A stretch of 64,000 nucleotides of DNA from an uncultured cyanobacterium. Its GTDB lineage: Bacteria > Cyanobacteriota > Cyanobacteriia > Cyanobacteriales > CAWCAG01. Location: positions 1,024,001 through 1,088,000 of the forward strand of contig CAWDOD010000002.1 of NCBI GenBank assembly GCA_963803805.1, read 5' to 3'. This document shows, one piece after another, positions 50,473-61,900 of the stretch (the first letter of the stretch is position 1; every line of letters starts with the position of its first letter). The translations under genes were made by a program, and so were the position numbers. The notes below the pieces were generated by a model. That model ran no database searches, had not been told where the DNA came from, and saw nothing but the letters and a program-made list of their open reading frames with translations.

Positions 50473-51810
50473 TTAACCATTTATATTTTTAGGTAAAGTA
50501 ACAATAAATTCAGTGTAAATATTTGCTTTTGTCTCTACTCGCAAGTTACCTTTATGTTGATTGATGATAATGTCATGAGCCATACTTAAACCTAAGCCCG
50601 TTCCTTCTGTGGCAGGTTTGGTAGAGTAAAAAGCTTCAAAAATCTTCGTAGTTATTTCTGGTGGGATGCCTATGCCATTATCGCGAATGCGAATTTCTAC
50701 ACTATCCTGAAGATCAATACTTTTTACTAACACTTCAGGAACAAAGTTCACCTCTTGACAATTTTGATGTTTAGCTAGGACGGCATAGCAAGCATTATCA
50801 AGTAAGTTAATCAAAGCACGGCTGAGGTCTGAAGGAATCAATTTAATGTGACCAATAGATTGATCGAAGCTAGTAGAGAACTTGATATGGCAGCTTTCTT
50901 GAGATGCTCGTTTACCCCACTTAGTAAATTCCACTGCTTCTGCTAAGATTGTATTGAGATCAGTTAATTGAGATAAATTATTGTTGGTCTTAGTATGCTG
51001 CATCATACTATTAATGATGTCAGCGGCCCTGTGACCATGGTTGCCAATGGAAGAGGCATTATCTTTAAGGTCTTGCACTATTTCTTGAAGATCTTGCCAC
51101 TCTTGGGGAGCTAATTGGGTTGGCTTTTTGTGTAGTTGAAGAAGTACTTCTTGGGCCAATTCCTCTGAACCTTCAGCATAGTTATTAATAAAATTAAGAG
51201 GATTGCGTAATTCATGGGCAATGCCAGCGCTTAAGGTAGCGATAGAAGCTAGTTTTTCTTGGGCAATAAGCTGTTTTTGCGCTGCTTGAAGCTTTTCTAA
51301 AGTTTGATTTAAAACCTTCTCTGCTTCTGTACGTTGTTTAATTTCTTCTTGAAGTAGGAGGTTTTGTTGTTTAATAGTTTGATTTTGCAGGTGAAGAGAT
51401 TGATTTAAAGAATTTAATTGTAGATGAACTTTAATTCTGGCTAAAACTTCTTCTGGCTGAATAGGTTTAATAATATAATCTACTCCTCCAGCTTCCAAAC
51501 CCTTAACTTTATCCTCTGTACCGGAAAGGGCCGTCATAAAAATTACTGGAATAGCCTCGGTTTGAGAATTTGCCTTCAAACGACAACAGGTTTCAAAGCC
51601 ATCTATTCCTGGGGGCATCATCACATCTAACAAAATCAAATCCGGGCAAGCATACTCAGCCCTTTCCAGGCAACTTTCACCACTGCGAGATGTGAGAATT
51701 TCTACACCATATTCATCTAAAAAATCTACCACTACCCCCAGGTTAGTAGGATTGTCGTCTACGACCAAGATAGTATGGTTTTTGAAGTTAAAGTCACTGA
51801 TGTTGCTCAT
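50473..51810 (-). CDS. Hybrid response regulator / histidine kinase
   Basis: Receiver (VVDDNP, LLDVMMP, K-P), HisKA (AHELRNP) and HATPase (NLLDNA, DNGIG, GTGLGL). Confidence 0.93.
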   Translation of the reverse strand: MSNISDFNFKNHTILVVDDNPTNLGVVVDFLDEYGVEILTSRSGESCLERAEYACPDLILLDVMMPPGIDGFETCCRLKANSQTEAIPVIFMTALSGTEDKVKGLEAGGVDYIIKPIQPEEVLARIKVHLQLNSLNQSLHLQNQTIKQQNLLLQEEIKQRTEAEKVLNQTLEKLQAAQKQLIAQEKLASIATLSAGIAHELRNPLNFINNYAEGSEELAQEVLLQLHKKPTQLAPQEWQDLQEIVQDLKDNASSIGNHGHRAADIINSMMQHTKTNNNLSQLTDLNTILAEAVEFTKWGKRASQESCHIKFSTSFDQSIGHIKLIPSDLSRALINLLDNACYAVLAKHQNCQEVNFVPEVLVKSIDLQDSVEIRIRDNGIGIPPEITTKIFEAFYSTKPATEGTGLGLSMAHDIIINQHKGNLRVETKANIYTEFIVTLPKNING

Positions 51811-51826
51811 TAGTAATTTAATTTAG

Positions 51827-53233
51827 TTATTTGCATAGATCAATTGGTAGTTGTACGAAAAAGCGAGTATCTCCTGGCTGAGAAACAACGCGAATACTCC
51901 CTTTATGCTGTCCTTCGACGATACGACGGACAATATCTAAGCCTAAACCTGTCCCTTTACCTACTTCTTTGGTAGTGAAAAATTGTTCAAAAACTCGCCT
52001 TTCAATATCTGAGGGAATACCTACCCCATCATCGGCAATTTCTACTAAGATGCGATCCCCTTCAGGGCGGGTGCGTATCCAAATAGTTCCTTGACCACCT
52101 GTAGCATCGATAGCATTATCAATCAAGTTCGTCCACACCTGGTTTAATTGGGGAGCATAGGCAAAAATAGGTGGTAAATCGCCATATTCTCGCTTAACTG
52201 TCATACCATATTTAAGTTTATGCTTCAGAATAGTCAAAGTGGTTTCAATTCCTTGATGAATATCTATCTTTTGTAAAGGCGCTTGATCTCTATAGGAATA
52301 ATCCTTCATCGCCTTAATCAATTCAGATATTTTCTCTGTACTCTGTTGAATCTCCTCCAACAAACACATTCCACTCAGGGTTGCTTCTAACCAAGTTAAA
52401 AGATTGCCTAAGCATTTTGAATCAACTTGAGTAGAAATCTCTTCTAGTTTTCCCTTATCTAGTCCTGCATTCACTAAGGTAGGAGCCAATTGCCAACTAT
52501 TTTCTATATTTTGTGTTTCTAACCAGTCTGTTAAAGTATCCTCTGCTTCACTTTTAGCTAAAGGGTCAAGTTGAGGGAGCTTTTTCCCTTCTTCAGTAGC
52601 TTGTTGATACAAGTTAGATAAAAAAGTCAATTGTTCTTTTTCGATGGATTGTTCATGGAGTTTTAATGCCAAAGTTGGTAACTTTTTCAATACTTCCCCT
52701 AAACTACATACACCCCTCGCTATAGCCGCAGCAGGATTATTCAATTCGTGAGCCAAACCAGCAGATAATGTACCAAGGGATATAAGTTTAGCTTGCTGTT
52801 GAGTTACCGATTCGTGAATCTGCGATCGCTCAGTAGATATTTTCAGAAGGCCTCGCAATACCGAAGGACAGAGGGTTAACATTTGCCAAAAAGCATCAGG
52901 TTCAAGTTTATAAAGACAAACCTCCGTAATCGCTTTCCCTGTAGTAGGATAAGGTTCGTCTAATAGGAGAATAAGTTCACCGAAAACCTCTCCTCCTTGA
53001 AGAGTCACAGCATGAACCTCTTGACCTTCAACAGTCCTTGTCCACTCCGTTTCACCTTCTAAAATTATATAAAAACCATCAGAAGAATCTCCTTGTCTAG
53101 CAATATATGCTCCTGGTTGAAGCTTAATTTCTTGACCTTCTTGACTAATGCACTTTAATTGTTCATTATTAAGAGTCTTAAAGATTGGTACTTGGCGCAA
53201 ACTGTCGATTAAATCCATAATATATGGCCTCAA
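51827..53233 (-). CDS. cNMP-binding-domain sensor histidine kinase
   Basis: cNMP fold (QGD..DGFYIILEG, FGE) plus AHELNNP, NLIDNA, DDGVG, GTGLGL. Confidence 0.9.
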   Translation of the reverse strand: MRPYIMDLIDSLRQVPIFKTLNNEQLKCISQEGQEIKLQPGAYIARQGDSSDGFYIILEGETEWTRTVEGQEVHAVTLQGGEVFGELILLLDEPYPTTGKAITEVCLYKLEPDAFWQMLTLCPSVLRGLLKISTERSQIHESVTQQQAKLISLGTLSAGLAHELNNPAAAIARGVCSLGEVLKKLPTLALKLHEQSIEKEQLTFLSNLYQQATEEGKKLPQLDPLAKSEAEDTLTDWLETQNIENSWQLAPTLVNAGLDKGKLEEISTQVDSKCLGNLLTWLEATLSGMCLLEEIQQSTEKISELIKAMKDYSYRDQAPLQKIDIHQGIETTLTILKHKLKYGMTVKREYGDLPPIFAYAPQLNQVWTNLIDNAIDATGGQGTIWIRTRPEGDRILVEIADDGVGIPSDIERRVFEQFFTTKEVGKGTGLGLDIVRRIVEGQHKGSIRVVSQPGDTRFFVQLPIDLCK

Positions 53234-53252
53234 GCTGTACCAAGGAATATAA

Positions 53253-54362
53253 CTAAAAAGTAATCACACTGCGAATAGACTCTCCTTTGTGCATCAAATC
53301 AAAAGCCTGATTAATTTCTTCTAAAGGCATAACATGGGTGATGAGGTCGTCAATATTAATTTTTCCTTCCATATACCAATCAACTATCTTTGGTACATCT
53401 GTCCGCCCCCTAGCACCCCCAAAAGCTGTTCCCTGCCAGACTCTCCCTGTTACTAATTGAAAGGGACGAGTGCTAATTTCCTCTCCGGCCCCAGCTACAC
53501 CAATAATGGTAGAAACCCCCCATCCTTTGTGACAAGCTTCTAAGGCTTGGCGCATCACTTTGACATTACCAATACACTCAAAAGTATAGTCTGCACCCCC
53601 TTTAGTTAAATCAATGAGATAGGGAACTAAATCTCCTGCCACTTCTTGGGGGTTAACAAAGTGAGTCATACCAAACTTCTCTGCCAAAGGTTGTTTATCA
53701 GGATTAAGATCCACACCAATAATCATATCGGCCCCCACTAACTTAGCCCCTTGGATCACATTCAGACCAATACCCCCTAAGCCAAAGACAATAACCTTAG
53801 CCCCTGGTTCCACCTTGGCTGTATTAATAACAGCACCGATGCCAGTGGTCACACCGCAGCCAATATAACAAACCTTTTCAAAAGGAGCATCTTCCCTAAT
53901 CTTTGCTAGGGAGATTTCTGGTAAAACCGTATAGTTAGCAAAAGTAGAAGTCCCCATGTAATGGTGAATTTTCTCTCCATTTAACGAAAATCTACTTGTA
54001 CCATCAGGCATAACTCCTTTTCCTTGGGTAGCCCGTACAGCCTGACAGAGATTAGTTTTAAAGCTTAAACAATATTCGCATTGGCGACACTCAGGAATGT
54101 AGAGAGGGATAACGTGATCCCCTGGTTTAAGACTAGTTACATTTGGGCCAACTTCCACCACAACCCCCGCCCCTTCATGACCTAAAATTGCGGGAAATAA
54201 ACCTTCTGGATCTGCTCCTGATAGAGTATAAGCATCTGTATGGCAAACTCCAGTAGCTTTAATTTCTACTAATACTTCCCCTTCTTGAGGCGTTGCCAAT
54301 TGAACTTTCTCAATGCTCAATGGTTGTCCTGCCCCAAAAGCTACTGCTGCTTTGACTTCCAT
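53253..54362 (-). CDS. frmA: S-(hydroxymethyl)glutathione dehydrogenase / class III alcohol dehydrogenase
   Basis: [38 protein letters not shown]. Confidence 0.95.
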   Translation of the reverse strand: MEVKAAVAFGAGQPLSIEKVQLATPQEGEVLVEIKATGVCHTDAYTLSGADPEGLFPAILGHEGAGVVVEVGPNVTSLKPGDHVIPLYIPECRQCEYCLSFKTNLCQAVRATQGKGVMPDGTSRFSLNGEKIHHYMGTSTFANYTVLPEISLAKIREDAPFEKVCYIGCGVTTGIGAVINTAKVEPGAKVIVFGLGGIGLNVIQGAKLVGADMIIGVDLNPDKQPLAEKFGMTHFVNPQEVAGDLVPYLIDLTKGGADYTFECIGNVKVMRQALEACHKGWGVSTIIGVAGAGEEISTRPFQLVTGRVWQGTAFGGARGRTDVPKIVDWYMEGKINIDDLITHVMPLEEINQAFDLMHKGESIRSVITF

Positions 54363-54633
54363 ACAATCGTACCTCTTATCAATTATCAGTTATCAATTAT
54401 CAGTGATCGAGGAAACTTCAGGCTTTAAAACATCTTTTCTGTTTGCCGGCCACTAAGGTTTTAACAACCCATGCAACAAATATCACTATAATTCTTCTTC
54501 TAGCTCAAGAATAGTTCTGGAGTTGAGCCACATTCTCAAACCATACCATAATCGTTTGTGTAGCACCTTCGTAAGGAGAAGACATTATTGACAACTAATC
54601 ATTAAAATATGTAAAACTTTTGGTGTAAAGCGA

Positions 54634-55767
54634 GTGAAAAATATTCCCCCTCTTGATCTGACACGACAGTACGCAACAATTGAAGATGAAGTTAGTGCTG
54701 TCGTTTTTGAAGTACTCAAATCTGGCCGTTATATTGGCGGTACTAATGTCACAGAATTTGAACAAAACTTTGCTGATTATATTGGTGTAACCGAATGTGT
54801 AAGTTGCAATTCCGGTACAGATGCGCTTTATCTTACTTTACAGGCTCTAGGTATTGGTAAAGGGGATGAAGTTATTACAACTCCTTTCACCTTCATTGCT
54901 ACCTCAGAAGTGGTTGCTAACGTAGGAGCAACTCCAGTATTTGTAGATATTGACCCTGTTACCTTTAACCTTAATCTTAATCAGATCGAAGCAGCTATTA
55001 CCAATAAAACTAAAGCCATTATTCCTGTCCACCTTTTTGGACAACCTGTAGATATGGGACAATTAGTAGCTATAGCCGAAGCCCATAATCTCGTGGTTAT
55101 TGAAGATTGCGCCCAAGCTACTGGGGCTGAATGGGATGGGCAGAAAGTTGGTAGCATCGGTCATGTCGGTTGTTTTAGCTTTTTTCCTACAAAAAATTTA
55201 GGTGGTTGCGGCGATGGAGGTGCAATCACAACCAATAATCCTCAACTGGCTGCCGATCTCAAAATGCTCAAAGAACATGGTAGCAGAGTCCGCTACTATC
55301 ACGAAGTTGATGGTGTTAATAGTCGTCTTGATGCTTTGCAGGCAGCTATTTTAAAAATCAAACTCTGTTATCTCGATACTTGGAATCAACAACGTCGTCA
55401 GGTAGCCCAACATTATCATGACTTGCTCAGGAATATACCCAGAATTAAGCCTCCTCAGCAATTACCGGGAGGAAAAGCTGTTTGCAACCAATATACAATT
55501 AGGGTTGTAGGTGAAGAATCACCTCAAGATTCTTCAAAACGTGATCACCTACGTCAAAGTCTTCAAGAACAGGGAATTAGTTCAATGATTTACTATCCTA
55601 TTCCCTTGCACCTCCAACCGGTTTATAAGCATCTTGGCTATCAACCAGGGCGATTTCCAGAAGCTGAACTGGCAGCCAAGGAAGTTCTGTCCTTGCCAAT
55701 GTTCCCTGAACTTACCCTTACTGAACAAAAACAGGTAGTTAACAGCTTAGAAGTTTCCCTTGCATAG
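54634..55767 (+). CDS. DegT/DnrJ/EryC1/StrS aminotransferase
   Basis: NSGTDAL, PVHLFGQ, EDCAQA, SFFPTKNLG..GDGG, NSRLD, SLPMFP. Confidence 0.93.
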   Translation: MKNIPPLDLTRQYATIEDEVSAVVFEVLKSGRYIGGTNVTEFEQNFADYIGVTECVSCNSGTDALYLTLQALGIGKGDEVITTPFTFIATSEVVANVGATPVFVDIDPVTFNLNLNQIEAAITNKTKAIIPVHLFGQPVDMGQLVAIAEAHNLVVIEDCAQATGAEWDGQKVGSIGHVGCFSFFPTKNLGGCGDGGAITTNNPQLAADLKMLKEHGSRVRYYHEVDGVNSRLDALQAAILKIKLCYLDTWNQQRRQVAQHYHDLLRNIPRIKPPQQLPGGKAVCNQYTIRVVGEESPQDSSKRDHLRQSLQEQGISSMIYYPIPLHLQPVYKHLGYQPGRFPEAELAAKEVLSLPMFPELTLTEQKQVVNSLEVSLA

Positions 55768-55819
55768 AACCTTTTACACTATTTGCAAGTCTAAACTAGA
55801 GACAACTAACTGGTGAGGA

Positions 55820-56410
55820 ATGCTTGTGCCTGTGTTAGCAGACGACCTGGCTACTGCTACGGATAGTGAGTTGGTGCTACGGTGTCAAAGGGGCGATCGC
55901 CATAGTTTCCAAATTTTGTACCGACGCTATCACAAGCGAGTTAGGTCAACGCTTTATCAACTTTGTGGAGCTAGTATTCTTGATGATTTAATGCAAGAGG
56001 TTTTTCTGCGAGTTTGGAAGAGTTTGCCTCAATTGCGACAAGCATCTAACTTTTCTACTTGGCTGTATCGTATTAGCTGGAATGTAGCTTCTGATCAAAG
56101 GCGTAAGTTTGCCCGCACCAAGCAAGAACAATTATGTTCAGAAGACCAGGAAAAAATTATTAGCAGTACTTCTGCCCAAGAAAATACTCCAGATTTAATG
56201 CAGCTATACTACCAAGATTTGGTGCAGCAAGGACTGCAAGCTCTTAAATTCGATCAACGGGTAGTTTTGGTTTTACATGACTTAGAAGATGTTCCCCAAA
56301 AGGAGGTAGCAAAAATTTTAGGCATACCAGTTGGTACAGTTAAATCTCGTCTTTTTCATGCTAGAACTGCTCTGCGGAAATTTCTCCAACAACAAGGAGA
56401 ACAACTATGA
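55820..56410 (+). CDS. ECF sigma-70 factor (SigH-like)
   Basis: DLMQEVFLRVW, FSTWLYRI, GTVKSRL..AR; ATGA-coupled to the next gene. Confidence 0.9.
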   Translation: MLVPVLADDLATATDSELVLRCQRGDRHSFQILYRRYHKRVRSTLYQLCGASILDDLMQEVFLRVWKSLPQLRQASNFSTWLYRISWNVASDQRRKFARTKQEQLCSEDQEKIISSTSAQENTPDLMQLYYQDLVQQGLQALKFDQRVVLVLHDLEDVPQKEVAKILGIPVGTVKSRLFHARTALRKFLQQQGEQL

Positions 56411-56883
56411 GAAAATTCCCCCAAGATAATGACCAGGGCTTAGTGGCATTTTTGCGACAAAATCGTCCTGTTCCTCCGACCGAGTCTTGTGACTTTGAAG
56501 ACAAGTTAATGCAACTAGTAGAGGAAGAAACTAATTCTTCTGATTATGGCCAGACTTCTTCTTTACCTTCAGCAAATTCTCGCTATTATTGGGCTTTTCC
56601 TGGGGTAGTTGCAGCTAGTCTTTTATTTGTTTGGAGCAACTTGCAGACATTAAGTCCTCCTAAAACTGCTGTAGTTGAGGTTGTAGAATTAGAAAGTTTT
56701 TTGGTTAACAGTTGGAATGGTGTGATTGGTGAGGTTGAGCCTCAAAAGGTTAATTATTCTGGAGAAAATAGTTGGCTGCTACTCTCTAACTTAACTGCGG
56801 ATTCTCAACCTTTACCTCAAGTTTATAATTTCCCCCCTAGCCACCCTCAACCCAAATTACATAATGTTCAATATCAAAACTAG
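56407..56883 (+). CDS. Putative single-TM anti-sigma factor
   Basis: L..FLRQ.RP.PP....E..LM, one TM segment, LESFL..SW; coupled to the ECF sigma. Confidence 0.7.
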   Translation: MRKFPQDNDQGLVAFLRQNRPVPPTESCDFEDKLMQLVEEETNSSDYGQTSSLPSANSRYYWAFPGVVAASLLFVWSNLQTLSPPKTAVVEVVELESFLVNSWNGVIGEVEPQKVNYSGENSWLLLSNLTADSQPLPQVYNFPPSHPQPKLHNVQYQN

Positions 56884-56892
56884 GTAAAAGAT

Positions 56893-57393
56893 ATGTCCTG
56901 GCATCGTATTTCTGTGGCAGCAATTTGTTTATTGGCTGTGGGGGGAACTATCGCTTTAGCCGATTCCCTACCGAAAAATCGTTCTTCCCAAATCCTCGCT
57001 CAAAATTCAGAACAACCCCTCGGTCTAGGGCAAGAAAAATCCGAGTTTCTAGAAGAACTTGGTCTTTCAACACAGCAAAAGCAACAGTTGCAAAGAATTC
57101 GTACTGAAGAGCGAGAAGAGATGAGGCGACTGCGGGAATCTTTATATCAAGAAAAGCAAACTTTGGAAAGGATGGCTGTTGGTACTGCATCTGCTGTAGA
57201 AGTTCGGGAGCAATACCAAAAAGTTAGAAATTTACAAATACAAATAGGAGACTTGCATTTTGAAAATATACTGGGTATGCGAGAAGTATTAACTCCCCAA
57301 CAGCGACAAAAGTTTGCAGAGTTAATGGCACAACGCCGCCCAAAGTCCCGTGAGGGTCAAGAAAATCGCCGCTTTTCCCCTAATAGACCTTGA
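56893..57393 (+). CDS. Spy/CpxP family periplasmic chaperone
   Basis: Signal peptide; LGLSTQQ and VLTPQQR (LTxxQ) motifs. Confidence 0.88.
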   Translation: MSWHRISVAAICLLAVGGTIALADSLPKNRSSQILAQNSEQPLGLGQEKSEFLEELGLSTQQKQQLQRIRTEEREEMRRLRESLYQEKQTLERMAVGTASAVEVREQYQKVRNLQIQIGDLHFENILGMREVLTPQQRQKFAELMAQRRPKSREGQENRRFSPNRP

Positions 57394-57418
57394 AGCTTGT
57401 ATAAATTCAACAACAAAA

Positions 57419-57460
57419 GAGTGTAAGCAATTAGCTTTACTACTCAACTTGCTTACACTC
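57419..57460. terminator. 12-bp inverted repeat between convergent genes (probable bidirectional terminator)
   Basis: GAGTGTAAGCAA (57419-57430) ... TTGCTTACACTC (57449-57460). Confidence 0.6.
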
Positions 57461-57483
57461 CAATATTTTGCTTAAGTAAGCTA

Positions 57484-58782
57484 TTATCTAACTCCTGCTT
57501 CTATATTCTCCCCTGACCATTCACCTTTGCTGAGGCGATCGCTGAGTTGCTTTAAAGCTTCAGCAAATTGCGGATCTTCTTTCGTACCTATTCTCGCACG
57601 ATCGCCTTGCAGTTCTTTACGCTGTTCCTCGCTTAACTCAAAAGTGATATCCGGCTCGATGCCCATTTTATTGATATCTCGACCACTAGGGGTTAAGTAC
57701 TTAGCGATAGTTACAGCTAAACCAGAACCATCTCCTAAACCCCGCACGGACTGTACTAAGCCCTTACCAAAGGTTTTTGTTCCAACCAAAATTGCTCGGT
57801 CATTATCTTGTAAGGCTCCGGAGAGGATTTCGCTAGCACTAGCTGAACCTCCGTCTACCAATACAACCAATGGTTTATCTGTTAAAGGACGGTTGGTGGC
57901 TGTCTTACGGTCTACTTCCCCTTGTCTATCAACAGTAGAAACAATAGTTCCTTCTTCTAGCCACATACGAGCAATTTCTATACTTGAGTAGAGCAAACCA
58001 CCAGGATTAGAACGCAAATCAAGGACATACCCTTCTACGTTTTTATTTTCTAAATCCTTAATCGCATCACGCATTTCTTTAGTAGCATTGGCACTAAATT
58101 GAGTAAGACGAATATAGCCAATCTCTCCCACAGGAGACTGTTCAGTTCTCGCTCGCACCGGGTGAATTTCGATTCTAGCCCTAGTTATAGGGTAGTCTTT
58201 GTCTTCTGTCCCTCTTTGAATAGTTAAAACAACTTCAGTTCCGGGCTTGCCACGAATAAGCTTAACAGCTTCGTTGACATCCATCCCTTTAGTATCTTGA
58301 CCATCAATTTCTTTAATAATATCTTTAGCGATAATTCCTGCTTCAAAAGCTGGAGTATCTTCAATAGGAGAAATCACGATCAGCCTATCTGTATCTTCAT
58401 CTTTGGCTATTTGTATGCCTACCCCTGTTAATTCTCCAGAGGTATCAATTTGCATATTCTGAAATTCTTCGGGGTCCATGAAGCGAGTATAGGGATCACC
58501 GAGCTTTTCTAGCATCTCACGGATCGCTTCGTAGGCTTTTTCTTTGCTACTATAATCTTTGTTCAAATACTCGGTGCGGACTTGACGCCAGTCTTCTTGG
58601 TTAAAAGTTGCATCGACGTAATCCCGGTCAATTATTTGCCAAACCTCATCTACTAGATTTTTGGGACTCTCTTGGAAAAAGGCTTGACTTTGAGATAGAT
58701 GAATCCCTGCTCCTGTTACAGCCATAGTCGTCAGCACGACTGCAGTTGCACCGAGAGCTAGACCGCGTTGTGTAATTACCAT
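57484..58782 (-). CDS. ctpC: Carboxyl-terminal processing protease (S41), CtpC type
   Basis: DPYTRF, PDZ GVGIQ, DLRSNPGG, SASASEI, TFGKG.VQ; N-terminus typical of cyanobacterial CtpC. Confidence 0.85.
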   Translation of the reverse strand: MVITQRGLALGATAVVLTTMAVTGAGIHLSQSQAFFQESPKNLVDEVWQIIDRDYVDATFNQEDWRQVRTEYLNKDYSSKEKAYEAIREMLEKLGDPYTRFMDPEEFQNMQIDTSGELTGVGIQIAKDEDTDRLIVISPIEDTPAFEAGIIAKDIIKEIDGQDTKGMDVNEAVKLIRGKPGTEVVLTIQRGTEDKDYPITRARIEIHPVRARTEQSPVGEIGYIRLTQFSANATKEMRDAIKDLENKNVEGYVLDLRSNPGGLLYSSIEIARMWLEEGTIVSTVDRQGEVDRKTATNRPLTDKPLVVLVDGGSASASEILSGALQDNDRAILVGTKTFGKGLVQSVRGLGDGSGLAVTIAKYLTPSGRDINKMGIEPDITFELSEEQRKELQGDRARIGTKEDPQFAEALKQLSDRLSKGEWSGENIEAGVR

Positions 58783-58920
58783 AAGCCTTCGTTTGAGCTG
58801 GGAATCTTTATTAGGTCAGTATTTAGCTCACTCTAGCACAGGAAACAGAATTTATGCACCCTAAGACTATGCCAGTTTAAGGATCTTCACCCTGACGAAA
58901 ATTGTTGCTTAATTCAGGAA

Positions 58921-61900
58921 CTATTGGCATAAATTTCTGTCACTGTCTCTTACTTGAGGATTGTTTTGCAAATAATTTTTTAACCAATCGCAGCTCAAAT
59001 CCGTCAATGCTTCTATATCTAAGTTCCAGATAATAATTGTGTGGTCTGAAGAACCTGTCGCGATCGCCTTACCATCTTTACTCCAACTCACACTAGTAAC
59101 ACGGTCTTGGTGACCTTCCAAACTGTGTAAGAGAGTATCATCTAGTCGCCAAAGTTGAATTGTTTTATCCCAAGTTGTTGTCGCGATAATTTCCCCTGTA
59201 GGATTAAAACTCAAACGAGCTACGCTATCAGTATGCCCTTTTAGGGTTTTCAGTTTTTCTCCTTCTAGATTCCACAATCTTACAGTATTGTCGTAACCAG
59301 CCGTAGCCAGAATTTGATTTGATTGAGATTCTGGTTTGGTTTGAAATAATTGAGGGGATTGAAACGGGAAATCACCTCGTTGGGCAGGAATCAATTTAAA
59401 GTTGTTAGGGGGAGAAAAACTAGTATCTAAAACCCAACTGTTATTACCTGATAAAGTTTTGACTCTCTGATTAGAAAACTCACCTTCTTGACCAGCTATC
59501 CACAATTTTAGGGTTTTATCATCGCTTCCTGAAGCTAATATTTGGTCATTTGCACTAAAACTGAGACTATTAACTCTTTCTGCGTGTCCTGTTAAAGTAT
59601 TTTGTAACACACCGCTTTGAGCATTCCAGATTTTAATTGTTTTGTCGCGGCCAGCAGAAGCAAGTAGTTGACTATCATTGCTCCAAGCTATGTCTAAAAC
59701 CCAGTCTTCATGTCCTGATAATGTTTTCAATAACTCTCCACTACGGCTCCAGAGTTTAACTGTTTTATCGTGGCTAGCTGATGCAATCAACTCCCCATCT
59801 GGAGAGAAACTAACACTAGAAACAGGTTCTGTATGATCTTCTAGAGTTGCTAATAACTGACCTTCTCTAGTCCATAATTTAACTGTATGATCTTTTCCTG
59901 CAGAAACAATTAACTCCCCATCTGGAGAGAAACTGACATCTTTAACCTCATCAGTATGTCCTCTCAAGATCTGGCGATTGAGTTTACTCCGTCCCCATAG
60001 CTTAATAGTTTTATCATAGCTAGTTGAGGCTAGGGTTTGACCGTCTGGAGAAAAACCAACTCCGGTAACGCCATCGCCATGGCCTTTGAGAGTTTGTAGT
60101 AATTGGCCTTCACGACTCCAAAGCTTTATTTGACTGTCATCACTAGCTGAAGCAACTAACTGGCCATCTGGAGAGAAACTAACAGAAAACACCCAACCTT
60201 CGTGACCCTGCAAAGTATTAATTAATTGGCCATCAATATTCCAAAGTTTGACCGTTTTATCATCACTAACAGAAGCAATTGTCTTACTATCTGGGCTAAA
60301 AGTTAAATGGTTAACTTTCCCAGTATGACCTTGAAGATTTTTTAGTAATTTTCCTTCAATACTCCAGAGTTTAACTAACTGATCTTCCCCAGCCGAAGCA
60401 ATAAACTTACCATCAGGGCTAAAGCTAGCCCAGTTAACAGCACCTACGTGGCCAGAGATGGTTTTTAAAAGTTTACCTTGTAAGTTCCAAAGCTTGATCA
60501 GTCCATCTCCCCCAGCAGTAATTAAATATTGACCATCGTTGCTAAAATCAACACTGTAAACATTATTGCTATGAACAGGAATAGTTAATATTTCTTCGCC
60601 ATCAGGCTGCCAAAGTTTGACTGTTCCATCCCAACTACTAGAAGCCAGCAAACTACCATCGGGGTTAAATACAACGCTAGTTACGCTATCATCATGTCCC
60701 TTGAGAGTTTGCAGTAAACTACCATCAGGATGCCAAATTTTAATCGTCTTATCGCGGCTAGCTGTAGCAATGGTTTGCCCGTCACTATTAAAACTAATGT
60801 CCCAGACTACATCATCATGGCCTTCAAGGCGATTGCTCTCAATTACGCCATAAACTGCTTGCTCTAAAGCCGTTATGACTTTCAATTTAGTATCAGATTT
60901 GATTGTTACCCCTTTTTCTTTGTTTTTGAGGCGATGAGCTGCTCTTAAGCCTTCTAAAAGGGCATCAAAGGGTTTACTGGAAACAAATAATGTTTCTGAA
61001 GAAGCGCTCAAAGCATTTAATTCCGCATTAAAAGAGAGATTATAAGCTACTTTTCTTTCTACCTCAGCTCGCCACCCAAAAGCTCCTGCAGCTATTGCTA
61101 AGATGGCCATTGTTGCGCCAATAGCAATAGCTTGTAGTCGCTGTTGTCGCACACGGGATATTTCTAATTGATTCCTTTTCAGGCGTGCTTCAATAACCTG
61201 CTGTACTCGTCGTTTATACTTGTTGCGAATAGTGGGAACAAGATAGTCATGAACAATTTGGTAACGGTCTTCTGGCTCTTCTCTAACCCGAAATACTAAT
61301 CCAGAATCAACAAGAATATTTAAAATTAAATTAAGCTGACTGCCAGTCACTAGCTCTTTATCTTTACTACGCCGTCTCTTTTCACTTAGTCCTGATTCTG
61401 GTGAGTTGACCAGTTCTGCTTTTGTTTTGAGAGGTCTAGTTCCTCTTTCATTGGTTAAAGAAAACAAAATCTGCCAGACAGCATCTTCATTTTGTTGACC
61501 ACAATCGCTAATTACTGCTTGTAGAGAATGTCCTACCAAAATTGTTTTGGGATTAGGGCCCAACTGGCGATATTTTTGTAGAGTAGCAATTTTTTCTGCT
61601 TGTAGTTGCGCTCCCACTACTTGTAGCTCTACTGGACGCACTGTTCCCCTAGCAAGGGCTAGATCCTGAGCTAAAACTTTAATTAAAGAATCCTCTAACT
61701 GAAACTGGGACTGAGCAGTAAGAGTTTTAATCATGTTTAGGGCTTCTTCATGGCTTAACTCTCCTAAGTGGTAACGAGTTTGCCGAGTCAGAATATTATT
61801 ATCAATAACATCTAAATCTCCTAAACGTTCCCAATGCAAAAGATGATGTAAGTAATCTTCCCTTAAAGAAAGGACAACTTTGACATAAGGAATATTCAGA

